From Octopus sinensis (taxonomy: Eukaryota), in the NCBI RefSeq assembly GCF_006345805.1, contig NC_043022.1, forward strand, positions 18,228,001 to 18,292,000: a stretch of DNA of 64,000 bases, written 5' to 3'. The notes under the pieces were generated by a model. The model searched no databases, had not been told where the DNA came from, and saw only the letters and a list, made by a program, of their open reading frames with translations. The translations under genes and the position numbers were made by a program. Below, piece by piece: positions 36,760-51,522 of the stretch (position 1 is its first letter; the number at the start of each line of letters is the position of its first letter).

Positions 36760-37760
36760 TTAATTACATCATAAATACTCTACCCTTCTCTCTCTCCCCC
36801 CTCTCTCTCTCTCTCTTATTTTCTTCCCTTTTACTCCTCATTTGCCTTGCTGCTATTGTCCTTCCTCCACGTCCCCACCCCCTCTCTTTTTCCTTCTCAT
36901 TCTTCTTCATTTTCATCCCCTTTGTCTTTCATTCTTCTCATTCCTTCTCTGTTTTCTTCACATTTTTCTCATCTGTCTTCCTCTTCTTCATTCTCTCATT
37001 CATCTTTTTCTTCTCTCTTCTCTTCACATTCTTCTCCGCCTCCTCCTTCTCCTCCTCCTCCTTCGTCTTCGTCTTCATTCTCTCATCTGTTTTCTTCTCT
37101 CATCTGTTTTCTTCTCTCTTCTTTTCACATTCTTCTTCTCCTCCTTCATTTTCTCTTCTTCCTCATATTTCACTTCTTCTTACCCTCTTTCCTTCATATT
37201 GTTGCTCTTCATCTTCTTGTCTTATTCACATTCTTTCCTTCACGTTCTTCTCATCCCCTTCCTCTTCTCCATCATCTCTTCCTCATCTCCCTCACACATC
37301 ATTTCTCCCTCCTACTCTCTTTCCTTCATGTTCTTGTTGCTGCTCTTCATCCTCTTATGTCTTCATTTCACATTCTTCTTCTTCTACTTCTCATTCTTCT
37401 TCTTCTTCTTCTCACCCTTCACACCACCGCACATTCTTCTCATATTTTTCTTCTTTTCCTCATTCTTCTTCTTCTTCCTCCTCTTCCTCTTCTTTTTCTT
37501 TTTCTTCTTCCTCCTCTTCTTCTTCTCATTCTTCTTCTTTCTCCTCTTCTTCTTATTCTTCTTCTCCTCATTCTTCTTCTTCTTCTCACCCTTCACACCA
37601 CCGCACATTCTTCTCATATTTTTCTTCTTTTCCTCATTCTTCTTCTTCTTCTCTTCCTTCTTCTCCTCCTTCTCCTCACCCTCCACACCACACCATCCTC
37701 CCACCACTCCTCCCTTCATACACCAATTATCCCACATTGTCTCTAAAACTTCATAGTGAT
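36760..37760. repeat. CT-rich low-complexity tract with an internal duplication (37385-37470 / 37570-37650)
   Basis: cattcttcttcttcttctcacccttcacaccaccgcacattcttctcatatttttc occurs twice. Confidence 0.9.
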
Positions 37761-38271
37761 GTCATTGTTGGTTGTTCTTCTAGCTGGCCTCACTCCCCTC
37801 TCTCCCACCCACCACCCCACCCTCGCACCCCACCACCCCATTCCACCACCAAAAACCATTATCAGTCATCCACTACAGTCCAGTTATTTTCCTCTTGTTT
37901 TATCCTATTTTAGGACGTTTTTTGTTCTTTCATTTTTCTTATTTTTATAGTTTTTGTTTCTTAGTTTTGTTTTTACCATTTTTTTTTTATATAAATATTT
38001 TGTGGAATATTTATGTCCTGGGTTTTTTCCGTTAAAATATTTCAAGCAAAAAAAAAAAAAAAAATTTATCGCTTGTATAATCACTCTCATAAGTACACTC
38101 GGGTATATATACATGTGTGTGTTTGTGTGTGTGTATACATATACATGTGTTTGTGCATATATTTACATAGAAATGTGGGGGTGTGGGTATGTATACAGAC
38201 ATGTGTATGTATGTTGCTGTGTATATATGTTTGTGCTTGCATATATGTATGTATATGTGTACACCTATATA

Positions 38272-38306
<35 letters not shown>

Positions 38307-39324
38307 TGTGGGCATATATTTGCATATATATGTATGTGTGTATATATGCAGATATGTGTGTGTGTTTGTATGTGTGTACATATACAAGTGGTTGTGCTTG
38401 TGTGTGCTTGTATGTATGTGTGAGCGTGTATATATGTGTATATATATGTGTGTGTGTGCATGTCTCTATACATGTTTAAATATGGATATATGTATATGTG
38501 ATTGTGTATACGTGTGTGGATGTGGATGTGTATATATATATGTCTATATATGTGTATCTGTGTGTACAGAGACATGCACACACACACACACGCATATGTG
38601 TGTGTGTTTGCATGTCTCTACATGTTTAAGTATGGATATATGTATATGTGATTGTGTATACATATATGTGTGTGTGGATGTGTATATATATATATGTCTA
38701 TATGTGTGTGTATGTATATATATATGAATGTACATGTTTATATGCACGTGTGTGTGTGTACATATTATATGAAAGCCCCAAATGTGTTTGAGTTTAATCT
38801 TTTCAATTTAGAATCCTTCCTATTCCCTCATTAGGTCTTTTATGTTTCTTGTGTATTTAGTTAGGAACAATAGCCTTCCGAAATCCATTAATCCATTAAC
38901 ATTTCAAGGCCTTTTCACTCTCATCATCAGAATGCAAGGATGATAGCATTGCTGTTTGCACACTTTGTTCAAGGTCACAAAGGCTCATGCAAATAGCATA
39001 GTAACTCATCGATTCATTGAAGTCGGATTGAAAAAATTCTACAGGCACAGTGCATCGTTGTAAAATTGGCTTTGCAACTATGTGGTTTTGAGTTCAGCCC
39101 CCGGTGCATGCCACCTTGCGCAGTTGTCTTCTGCTATTGCTCCAGGCCAACCAATTTCTTGTGAGTAAATGTGGTTGAGAGAAAGTGTGTGGAAGCTTAT
39201 CACATACATGTGTGTGTGTATATGTATCATATATATGTATGTATATATGAACATATATATGTAGACATGTATTTGTGTGTTTGTGTAAGTATATATATAT
39301 GTGTGTGGTGTGTGTGTGTATACC

Positions 39325-39975
39325 TTTACTCTTTTTACTCTTTTACTTGTTTCAGTCATTTGACTGCGGCCATGCTGGAGCACTGCCTTTTAGTTGAACA
39401 AATCGGCCCTTGGAGTTATTTTTTGTAAGCCTAGTACTTATTCTATCGGTCTCTTTTGCCGAACCACTAAGTTATAGGAATGTAAACACCCCAGTATCAG
39501 TTGTCAAGCGATGCTAGGGGGGACAAACACACACATAACTATATATATATGGGTGGCACGTAAAAAGCACCCACTACACTCACGGAGTGGTTAGCGTTAG
39601 GAAGGGCATCCAGCTGTAGAAACATTGCCAGATAAGACTGGAGCCTGGGGCAGCCTTCTGGCTTTCCAGATCCCCGGTCGAACCGTCCAACCCATGCTAG
39701 CATGGAGAACGGACGTTACACGATGATGATGATGATATATTTAGGGAGAATTCACCAAAAATAAAAGACAAAGACAGGTGGTGTAGACAACAAACAGATG
39801 TATTAGTATAATGCTCAGGAAGTGAAAAAGTCTCCATCTACCAAATCCACTCAAAAGGCTTTGGTCAGCCCAAGGCTATAGCAGAAGACACTTGGCCAAG
39901 GTGCCACTCAGTGGGACTGAACCTGGAACCATGAGGTGTTGGTAAGCAAGCTTCTTACCACACAGCCACACCTGT
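39325..39975 (-). mobile_element. SINE family B carrying a SINE C (+, 39551-39736) and a PLE-like fragment (39741-39833) in its internal microsatellite
   Basis: B 3' half 39325-39540 and 5' half 39834-39975 flank the inserts; the reverse complement of 39741-39833 resembles 9743-9840. Confidence 0.8.
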
Positions 39976-40044
39976 GCCTATACACACACACAGACACAGA
40001 GAGATGGGAAAGGAACCAAAAGAGGGAAACCATGTACATTCATA

Positions 40045-40143
40045 TACTCTTTTACTCTTTTACTTGTTTCAGTCATTTGACTGTGGCCACGCTGGAGCAC
40101 CGCCTTTAGTCAAGCAATGCTAGGGGGACATACAGACACACAA

Positions 40144-40198
<55 letters not shown>

Positions 40199-40361
40199 CG
40201 ACAGGCTTCTTTCAGTTTCCGTCTACCAAATCCACTCACAAGACATTGGTCGGCCTGGGGCTATAGCAGAAGACACTTGCCCAAGATGCCACGCAGTGGG
40301 ACTGAATCCGGAACCATGTGGTTGGTTAGCAAGCTACTTACCACGCAGCCACTCCTGCGCC
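40045..40361 (-). mobile_element. SINE family B with internal deletion
   Basis: gcctttagtc joins directly to aagcaatgctaggg, skipping the central segment present in other copies. Confidence 0.85.
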
Positions 40362-42114
40362 TATAATACAGATTTATATACACTGACACAGACATCGAAA
40401 TAAATGCAACAAATGTGTGTTCCAGTTATGACGAGTGTTTATATGTAAATTGTAAGCAGGGCAAGATATATGTGACCGTATATACACACACATATAATAT
40501 ATGTGTGTATATATATAACTGTTAGATTTTTAAGAAATATATGAAAACAAGAAATGATGCTGTGTAATAAGAAGTGCACAGCATATATTCCTGTGTGTGT
40601 ATATTTATTTGTATGTCCATGTGTGTGTGTGTGCATGTGGAAATAATTGTATGGCAACATGGTAATACATCAAGAATGGAAAGGATTTTATACATACATA
40701 TATACATACATACATACATACATACAAAATATATATAGAGAGAGAGAGACACTGTCTTCACACATATGCGCATACATATATACATATACATATATACATT
40801 ATATATACCATATGTTATATATACATACACATATATACTGTATATCTAAATATATATACATGCACATATGTGTATATACATGCATTCATATATATATATA
40901 CTACCACACACACACACACATATATATATACACGCACACACACATATATATACACACATACATATCTATATATACATATACAGACACACAGACACATACA
41001 AATATAATGTTTATTTTTCTCGATAATGTATGACTTAATTACATCCATAGAAATTTTTATTTATGAAATAGGATTTCATAAATTCACTCCGTCCCGCACC
41101 ACCCCATCTCTCCCTCTCTCTCTCCACCAATCAACGCCATGCTTCTTCTCTCAAATCTATCTTCTCTTGGGAACTTCACACATTTACACAGTGAAAAATC
41201 CCCTCCTCCACCCCACCCACCCCTTTCAACCTCTCCATCTTCCCAACACCTCCATCCTTCCATCCACCTTCTCACCTACCCATCCATCCATATTCATACG
41301 TACCTACATGCATTTATATTAATAACTGGAAATTCATCTTTATGTAAAAATTGTTGAAATGATAATAATAATGACGACAACGATGATGATAATAATATAA
41401 TAATAATAATAATAAAAAGAATAATAATAATAATAATGATAAGACACAATGAAAACACTGAATATAAATATTAATAACTTTTTTCTGTAAACAGAATTCT
41501 TTCTCCAAGGACAGAACAAATTGACAGAATTCTAGAATTCTATCATTATATATAAATATATCTATATCTATATATATATATATATATATATAAACAAACA
41601 CACACGTATCCATGCTTTTACATGTTTATATATGTATATATGTATATGGATACATAAATGTTTATCCATCCATATATATGTGTGTGTACACACACAGAGA
41701 AGACATGGCAAAAACATATCAATACAACATATGTTTTGATATTGCTTACAATTGTTTCTGTAGCATTCCACTTCGAATCACATTGAATATAAATGATTTA
41801 TGTCATGAATTACACAAGACCTGTACGAACTGTATAAGTTCACCCACGGTTGAATCGTGTACTGAGACACCTCTTCAGGTTCTTGCTAAACTCTGCCGTT
41901 ATATATTTATGATATACTGTATCTACTCGTATACAAGTTGCATCCTTAATGTAGAGGTAAATCTTGGTACAGAAGATTTTTCCCTTTTATATTCAAACTA
42001 GATGTCAGCTTTTTGCTCAATGTACAATCCCATATCAGTTTTTCCAATTAGAATCAAGTGTCAAACAGTATGATTTATAGTTGAAGTAGTAATAGTATGT
42101 GTATGTTATGTATA

Positions 42115-42161
<47 letters not shown>

Positions 42162-42217
42162 ATAATATAATATATTTTATATATATATTATATATATATA
42201 TTTATATATATATATAT

Positions 42218-42254
<37 letters not shown>

Positions 42255-42268
42255 ATATTTATATATAA

Positions 42269-42318
<50 letters not shown>

Positions 42319-42683
42319 CAGATACTATATGGAGAACTTGTGAATGGAAAGAAACCAAGGCTGCAATTTAAGGACTTTGTCAAGTCCTCATTAAGGGCGA
42401 TATGCAGGAGGCTGACTGGGAGAGCAATGTCTATCATTGCCACAGATGGAGTAAGTAATTTAAGGAGGGAGTCGACACTTTTGAGAGAGCATGTATTCTG
42501 CATGAAGAATTTAAGCATGCTGCTCAAAAGCACACTGCTTGTGTAGTGAATGGGGAAAGCTTGGTCTGCAATGTTTGCAGTCGTGTATACTTGTCAAGAG
42601 CAGGGCTCATTAGCCACCCCAAGCGTACAATGTTCCTAAAGGTCAGCAATGGTCTTCCTCGATTACGAGTGGACAGCTATCAT
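42319..42683 (+). mobile_element. RTE-type LINE 3' remnant with C-terminal zinc-finger-like motif, next to a long (TA)n tract
   Basis: QILYGELVNGKKPRLQFKDFVKSSLR, then after a frameshift ADWESNVYHCHRWSK*FKEGVDTFE...LVCNVCSRVYLSRAGLISHPKRT. Confidence 0.85.
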
Positions 42684-44224
42684 ATATATTTGTGTTGATA
42701 TATATGTGAATGCGCATGGCTTAATGGTGAAAGCATTTATGTTCCCTGAAGTTTGGATTCCTTCTGTCGACCTTTTGGCGTTTTACTGGCTCTTTTTGTT
42801 CATTGCAAATGTGTCCCCACTGTAAGTGAAAGTGTAGCAAACTTTAAAGAGGATACTGTTTAATAGCAAATCCATTCAAAATAAGGTATAACTGACACTC
42901 ACATACCTTCAGAATCCCACCACATGAGCAGATGCTATTTTATTGAACTATATTTGCAACTTAAAAGCATAACTACACAAATATCAACATAAAATAAGAT
43001 GCAGACTAGATACCGAGAAGCAAATCACTGACTTTTCTAATTTATGCATCCCTGTTAAAACATGCACTTTAATTCTGTGATATAAATATACTTAATAGAC
43101 AATCTGAACTTACTTCATTTTGTAGACAAAAGTGAAAAATTACCAGACCTATCCTCTAACCAATACTTAATTATATATTTTTGTATTTTAAAAAAAAACA
43201 CAATAGATTTACTTCCCCCTTGTTACATTCATCATCTATCAACGTTCGTACATGAATAATTTCTTATAATTAATTGATACTGTTACATTCAACACTTGAC
43301 AATTATCGTTTTATGTAGCTTTCTCCTCCACCTCCTCCTCCACCGCCACCCCTTTCAATAAACTTTTAACAGATTTAAAGTTATTTATGTTCTTTTTCCT
43401 TTCTCCTTCTATTATCAGCTCTTTTCTAAATAACTACTATGTAACTTGTCTTTAAAACAGCATATTTCACAATAGTCCAGGCCATAGTTTTCATTTCTAC
43501 ACTTATTACATTCTTTAATTTTCTCCTCACCTCCCCACATTTTTACTTTTTCATTTTTTCCCCCCATCTATCAATCACTTCATTCAAAAAGGTTTGGTTT
43601 GTCTTTTTTCTTTTTTCATTTTAAAATCTATAGATTTTAATGTTTCCTTTGAGATCAAATTCTGTGCCTTCCCTTCTCAATTGCTCCTTCTTCTCCCTTT
43701 CTCCTCCTCTTCACTCTTCTGCCCGTTCTTTATTCCTCATTGTTTTATTTTCCTTTTCCCTTTCTTTCTTTCTCTTGTTATTCATCAGCCATTTGAGTTT
43801 CTATACATGCCCCCCATCATTCATATCAATGCCAATTCTATGTAATTCCAAAAACCCAACAAATTATGTTTATTTTCAAATATTGTGACATGACAACTGT
43901 GTTTTTCATACACACTCTGACACTTATATAAATTCAAAACAAGGGTCAAGGACATGTACAACAACTAACATAAAGGGCAAAGGATAGTCAGGGTTAAATC
44001 CATTTCATCACCCAACTTTCTTCCCAGAAGCATTATGATTTCAGCACTTTGAAAAGTTGGTATCACTCTTTCTCAATAGCTTTTATCATCTCTCTTGTTT
44101 CAGACTGCAACCATACTGGGGCACTGTCTTGAAGGGTTTAGTCAAAAAAAGTCGGCCCCAGAGTTTTTTAAAGTTGGGTGCTTTTTCTATTAGTATCTTT
44201 TGCTGAACTGTTATGCTTGTTATG

Positions 44225-44430
44225 GGGGCACATAAAAAGTACCATCTGAACATGGTCAATGCCAGTGCTGCCTGATTGACTCCCATGCTGGTGGCACATA
44301 AAAAACACCTGCTACACTCTCAGAGTGGTTGGCATCAGGAAAGGCATCCAGCTGTAGAAACCTTGCCTGATCAGATTGGAGCCTGGTGCAGCCTTCTGGC
44401 TTGCCAGACCTCAGTCAAACCATCCAGGGT
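44225..44430 (+). mobile_element. SINE family C, degraded
   Basis: ggcacataaaaaacacc...ggttggcatcaggaaaggcatccagctgtagaaacc. Confidence 0.75.
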
Positions 44431-45138
44431 TTCCACACAGTTTCTATCTACTAAATTCACTCACAAGACATTGGTTGACCTGGGAGTATAGTAGCAGACA
44501 CATGCCTAAGGTGCTGGGCAGTAGGACAGAACCCAAAACAACATGCTTGCCAAGCGAGCCTCTTAACTGCACAGTCATGCCTAAGCCTATATACAATTAT
44601 ACAAAAGTGTACGTTTGTCTTTTCTCTAAGTCTTATCTATGCAACTTTTTCTACCAACCTGGTAGAGTGTCAACTAAATATCTATTCTTACTTCTTATGT
44701 ATGTTACATATAAACACTAGCATAATTAAGGAGCGGGGCAGTAGGGGTGGTCTGGCCCAGGGATCACTTTAAAAGGGCAGCACTTTTGGGTCTGCTGTGG
44801 GCAATATGTGTTGTTTTGTGGGGTCTGGGGGTGGCAAATGGAAGGGCTGCCCCTGGTGGCACACACACACACTAGCTATGCTAGAGCATATGAATAATTC
44901 CTTCTCGGTGACTTACTACATTGGAAGCTGGGTAATGCTACATGGCATTGGGAAGGTTCATATACTTTCTTCATTTTGGCAATGTGGTCTTTACTCTACA
45001 ACTGCATTGAGTTCTTTTTTTTTGGGTTTTGTTTTGTTTTTAGCTAGTTTTGCCTCGCACACTCTACTTAGACTTATCTCTCCCTTCCCATATGTGTGTG
45101 TGTGTGTGTGTATGTATGTGTGTATATATGTCTGTGTG

Positions 45139-45171
<33 letters not shown>

Positions 45172-45639
45172 GTCTGCATGTATATATGTATGCATATATA
45201 TATTTAGAGATGTACGTATATATGTGTGTATATATATATACACACATATATATGTATGTGTTATATATATATATCCATGTGTGTGTATTTATGTATATAT
45301 ATATTTAAACATATGTATATATGTATAAATATATATCTATATATATGTATATATATATGTATATATACATATGAGTATAAATATATATATACACGTACAT
45401 ATGTATACATACATACACAACCACACACACTCATGTATATGTGTTTGTTTGTGTATGCTTATATCAAAGCATATTGAAAGAATGTCTGAAAAGGAGAAAG
45501 AGAGAAAGGAAGAAAGGGAAAAAAAGAAGGCGGACAAGAGCGAGAGATAAGATGAGGCTGCACCCATTTTTGTATCTCTCACCTCCATTCACACACACAG
45601 ATGATGGATGGTGACTGGCCAGTTCCATGGATGGCGAGG

Positions 45640-45785
45640 TGATTACAATGGTATATACATGCACACACAAAAAACAACAGACATATATATACATATATAT
45701 ATATACATATATATATATATGTATATATATATATATGTATGTATATATATATATGATGTATTATATATATGTATGTATATATATG

Positions 45786-45819
<34 letters not shown>

Positions 45820-46008
45820 TATGTAGTATATATATATATATGTGTATATATATATATATGTATGTATATATATGTATTGTATATATATGTATAATATATG
45901 TGTATATATATATATATATAATATATGTATTATATATGTATATATATATATACATATACATACATATATATTGTATATATATATATAGTTGTATATATAT
46001 ATATATAT

Positions 46009-46042
<34 letters not shown>

Positions 46043-46080
46043 ACATGCATACATATATATATACATGGGCATAAATATAT
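45640..46080. repeat. (TA)n/(TATG)n microsatellite field
   Basis: Direct reading; similar fields at 30060-30390, 42120-42317, 48640-48950, 51470-51650. Confidence 0.95.
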
Positions 46081-47343
46081 ACACACACACACACTTTAAA
46101 GGAAAGTAGTAATTTTGGTAAACTTATAAGCAAATAAAAATAAGGAAAAATAAATAATAATAATAATAATAATAATAATAAGCAGCCCCATTAATAGTAG
46201 CAGACTTGACTTTTATCTCAGGCTTTTGATAAAATTTGGTGGTGGTGGTGGTGGTGGTAGTGGTGGTGGTGATAGTGGTGTGATGTAGTTGTGCTGCGAT
46301 GACTTAGTTGTGGCAGTGGTGGTGAGGGTGTGTTGTGGTGGTGGTGAAGGTGATGGTTAATGTTGTGGTATGATGGATGGAAGTGATGGTGGTAATGATG
46401 ATGATCACGTTTTTAGTGGTGGTGGTGGTGGTGGCAGTGGTTTTGTTCAGTGGGGAGTGGAAGTAATAGCTATGGATATGGTGGCACTGTTGCCACTGTT
46501 AATGTTGTAGCGGTGGTGGCGCTGCTGGGAGTTGAGTAGTGGTGGTCATAGTGGGAATGGTGGTAGTGGTTGAGGGTTGTGACAGTTCATGAGTCAGGCA
46601 TGATGATCTTGTGTTGGTTGTGGCTATGGTGGTAGTGCCAGTTGAGGAGATGGAAATAGTAATGTTGTAGTAGTAGTGGTGGTGGTGGTAGTATGGGTAG
46701 TATGATGGTGCTACCGCCAATACTGCCCACCTTGTAATAACATTTGTTGTGTTGTGATGGATGTAATTACTAGTGAATTACATCGTTATAAACACACACA
46801 TACCTCATCATAGCTGTATATATATATATATGCTAACCGCTATCACCAATATATATACACATAGAAATATATATATATATGTACATGTGTGTGTGTGTTT
46901 ATATACACACATACGTATACATGCGCACGTGCAGGTGTGGCTATATTGTTATGAGGTTCACCTTAACAACCACATGATTTCAGGTTCAGTTTCACTGTGC
47001 AGCACCTTAGATATGTTATCTTCACTTGTGCCCCCCCCCCCCACCCAGGCCAACCGAACTCTTACAAGTCCATTTGATACATGGGAAATGTGTGGAAACC
47101 TGCTATATATATCTCTGTTCATTGGTGTGTGTTTGCGTCTTAACATTGCATCCTAATCGCAAGCTAACATCATCATACACACAATGTTGTTTCTTTGCAA
47201 GCTACCATGAAAACATGTCTGGCTGTTGAGATATTCGTGTTTGATGAACAAAAAAAGAATATTAACCTTGCTTCTTAAATGGTGATTGATGAGGGATGGT
47301 GCTAGGGAGAGCATCTGATCTTAGAAAATCTACCCCAATGAAT

Positions 47344-47637
47344 TTCTTCTAGTATAGCCTCAGGCCAACCAAAGCCTTGAGAGTGGATTTGGTAGACGGA
47401 AACTGAAAGAAGCCTGTCGTACATATATATATATATATTTGCATGTCTGTGTTTGTACCTCCTCCATCACTTGACAACCAATGTTAGTCTGTTTACGTCT
47501 CTGTAACTTAGTGGTTTGGCAAAAGAGACTGATAGAATATGTACTAGGCTTACAAAGAATAAGTCCTGAAGGTGATTTCTTCGACTAAAGGGGTGCTCCA
47601 GCATGGCTGCAGTCGAATGACTGAAACAAATAAGAGT
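47344..47637 (+). mobile_element. SINE family B, 5'-truncated
   Basis: ttcttctagtatagcctcaggccaaccaaagcc...ctgaaacaaataagagt. Confidence 0.85.
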
Positions 47638-48661
47638 ATGTTTATTTATATATTATATATATGTATGTATAGAGACATATATAAATTATATATCTGTGTG
47701 TATATTGGTGATGGTACTGTGTACCGATAGTATGTTTGGTTACAGAGTCAGTGCGTGCATGTATGTGAAAATAGTTTCCGATTTCAAGGAGAGGAAGTTC
47801 CTTTGGAAATACCAGGTTCTTGAAATCTTAACTGAAAGTCAGTCAGTGGCGTCGGCAGTGATAGTAGTAGTAATGGTGGTGATGAGGATACTGGAGATGG
47901 TGATGGTAGAGGTAGTGGTAATGGTAGTAGAAAGGGTGGTGGTGATGATGGGGCTGGTAATGAAAGGATTGTTATAGTAGTAATGATGCTGATTGTGTTT
48001 GTTGTTGTTGTCATTGATGGTGGTGGTGATGGTAGCAGTGGTAGTTGGTGGTGGGCAGGGGTGGAGAGATGATAGCTTTTAATGACAGGATGTTGATCAG
48101 CTGAGCTGACAGAAGCCAGCAGTTAGGACCAACTCTACCCTACTACCTCTCATACCATCACTAATACAACCAGCACTACAACTATCACCACCACCACAAC
48201 TACAACCACAACAACTACTACTATCATTAATACAACCACTAACATCACTACATCTGCTTCTATGGATACAGCTACCACATCTACTACTACTAATACTACC
48301 AACATAACTATTACAACCTCTTATATGACCACCACTGCCACCACATTAGCTGGGTGACATTTGCAAACACACACACACAGATATAGTTGTAAGTGTGCTT
48401 ATGTGGTTTGAAGTTCATTTTGTGACTCTAGGGTTTTTGGTTCAGTCCTACGGTGCAGCACAGCACCTCCAGGGGCAAAAATGTCTTTTATTATAACCTA
48501 CACTTGACAATTGCCCTTCAGCATATGGAAACTTGGTGGAAGCTTTCCATGTGTATGTGTGTGTGCACGCGCACGCACATATATACTTATATGGATAAGA
48601 ATACGTATGTGTATATATATGTTTATATATTTGATACGTGAGTGTTGTGTGTATATATGTG

Positions 48662-48701
<40 letters not shown>

Positions 48702-48713
48702 TATGTATGTATG

Positions 48714-48747
<34 letters not shown>

Positions 48748-48910
48748 TGTATGTATATATGTATGTATATATATATGTATGTATATATATATGATGTATA
48801 TATATATGTATGTATATATATATGTATGTATATATATATATATGTATTTATATGTATGTATATGTATATATATATATATATGTATCTATATATATGTATG
48901 TATATATATG

Positions 48911-48944
<34 letters not shown>

Positions 48945-49385
48945 AATGTGCTTATGTGTATGTATAAAAACTATCAATTTGTACTTATATACATATATAT
49001 ATGCATGTGCACATATCTGTATACATATAACTGCATACATTTGTATATGCATAGACATATATATTTATATATACACATATACACACAAAATGCTATGAGT
49101 ACTTTGATGTTGACAGAAGCAATCCCAGCGATGTGATTACTTAAGTCATTGTGAAGTGAGGAAATCAGCTTCCAGCATGTCTTAGTTCTACCTGTAGTTA
49201 ACTGCTTGGGGCGAAGCATCTCTGATGTTTATTTCACCTGTGTGTGTGTCTGTGTTTACACGTGACATACATGTACATGCGTGTCTCCTTATTGATATAT
49301 ACATAGATATCTACACATATGCACTTGTGTGTGTAGATAAATATGTGTGCGTGTATGTATGTATACATATATATATATATATATA

Positions 49386-49610
49386 TTTTACTTGTTTCAG
49401 TCATTTGACTGCAGCCATGCTGGAGCACTGCCTTTAGTCGAAGAAATCACCTCCAGAACTTAGTCTTTGTAAGCCTTGTACTTAGTCTATCGTTCTTTAT
49501 TTGTCAAACTGTTAGGTTACGGAGACATAAACACACCAACATCAGTTGTCAAGTGATGGCGGGTGTGGGGGGAAGACAAACATATGCATATATGTACATA
49601 TATATATATA

Positions 49611-49649
<39 letters not shown>

Positions 49650-49805
49650 CAGACTTCTTTCAGTTTCCATCTACTGAAACCACTCATAAAGCTTTGGTTG
49701 GCTCAAGGCTATAGCAGAAGACACTTGCACAAGGTACCATGCAGTGGGAATGAACTCGGAACTATGTGGTTGGGAAGCAAGCTTCTTACCGTACACCCAT
49801 GCCTG
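49386..49805 (-). mobile_element. SINE family B
   Basis: Matches other B copies. Confidence 0.85.
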
Positions 49806-50106
49806 CATCTATAAATGTATATAATAAAAACAGAAGAAAATACTTAGAAATTTTATATCATGGAAAGCAAAGTGGGACAGTATTTAGATTTTTATCAAAA
49901 TACGCTACCAGTTTCAATTAATTGAAAAAGATGATATAGTCATGCAGAAATAAAAAAAAAAAAGGGGATTGAAAGAAATTAAATTAATCTTTCATAATAT
50001 GTTTCGTGACTTCACTGTTTCTTTGCATTGAGAAATCCCATGGTGCTAGCTTTCGATTTTCTTTTGATTGTTGCTGGATGTTAATGGAAACATCTTAACC
50101 TTTTCA

Positions 50107-50144
<38 letters not shown>

Positions 50145-50704
50145 TGAAGGTAGTGCTCCAGCATGGCTGCAGACAAATGGCTGAAACAAGCAAGTAAAAA
50201 AAAAAAAGGAGGATCAGTTAATTATGATTTTATTGAAGATATCCCAGTCTCAGATTATTGCAACACTCCTTCACTTTTTCTAAGTCCTAGAAATCAGAAA
50301 CTCAGAAGTTTAGGCCTCTATCCAGGAACTTTTCAGTGCCTCTTTATATGTATATAAGGTGGCTGAAGATTGTTCGACATTTTAAAACTTATGTAATGCT
50401 TACAGTGGTTAATAAAATGAAGTAGCATGAAACGATCGTACCACATTACCTCGGATATACTTGTTGCTTATTTTGAATGTATATATATATATATATACCT
50501 GTTGACAAAGACTTTGCCTAGCAAATTATTTTATTTGCTAAAAAATAAGTCAGAAACCATGGTCCAGGAAATAGATGGTAAATGTTTTTATTTTTCGTTC
50601 CCTTCGAGAATTTATCCCTAATTGGTGGTTTGGACTTTAGCTGTTTCTTCTAGCCTATGATGGAAACCTCTTAATATGTTTAAATGTACACTGCATTATA
50701 TATA

Positions 50705-51013
50705 TATCACACGTGATCACATGACCGACCAGACCATCAGATGTTGTTACACATCGCTGGTCACAATGCGTTCGCATTGTTTTAGCCTTTGAATGACGCC
50801 ACCCCGTTGGCTAAGCGAACAGGCCGACAGAAGAAAGAGTGGGAGAAAGAGTGGTGAAGGAGTACAGCAGGGATCACCATCCCCTGCCGGAGCATCGTGG
50901 AGCTTTTAGGTGTTTTCGCTCAATAATCACACACAACGCCCGGTCTGGGAATCGAAATCGCGATCCTGCAACCGCGAGTCCGCTGCCCTAACCACTAGGC
51001 CATTGCACCTCCA
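50705..51013 (-). mobile_element. SINE family D, full length, with a clear tRNA-like head
   Basis: Reverse complement tggaggtgcaatggcctagtggttagggcagcggactcgcggttgcaggatcgcgatttcgattcccagaccggg; 3' end gtgatcacgtgata; flanked by (TA)n. Confidence 0.85.
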
Positions 51014-51016
51014 CAT

Positions 51017-51056
<40 letters not shown>

Positions 51057-51469
51057 TGTGTACACACAGTTCTACTGTGACTATGTTGGTCACTGTCCTG
51101 GCTTTAAGCTCAGTAGCTCTAATATTATTTGATGTTATACAATGAAGCATAGTTGAACCAAAAACTCAATACACACATACATAAGCATTCATATATGTGT
51201 ATATGCATACATATCTATCTCACTGTACATACATATACACACACTCACATACATACTTATACACATACATACATACATATATGCATATATATATATATAT
51301 ATATATATATACACCTATCAAGCTATACTAACATAGGGAAAAATTGTACACTCAACAGGAAAAAAGGCGTATGTATATATATGTGTATGTGTGTGTGAGT
51401 GTTTCTATAAATTCTACATCGTGTATTGAGAACTAGCTTATTCTATCATTTACTAACTGTAACCTTCAT

Positions 51470-51522
<53 letters not shown>

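Noticed and set aside
36747-37913. 388-aa Ser/Phe/Leu-rich ORF, the longest in the track
   Set aside because: Pure CT low-complexity sequence, open in three frames at once, no domain signal.
50930-51013. Possible tRNA gene
   Set aside because: The tRNA-like sequence is the head of SINE D, continues into the SINE body, and does not give a clean cloverleaf by eye.
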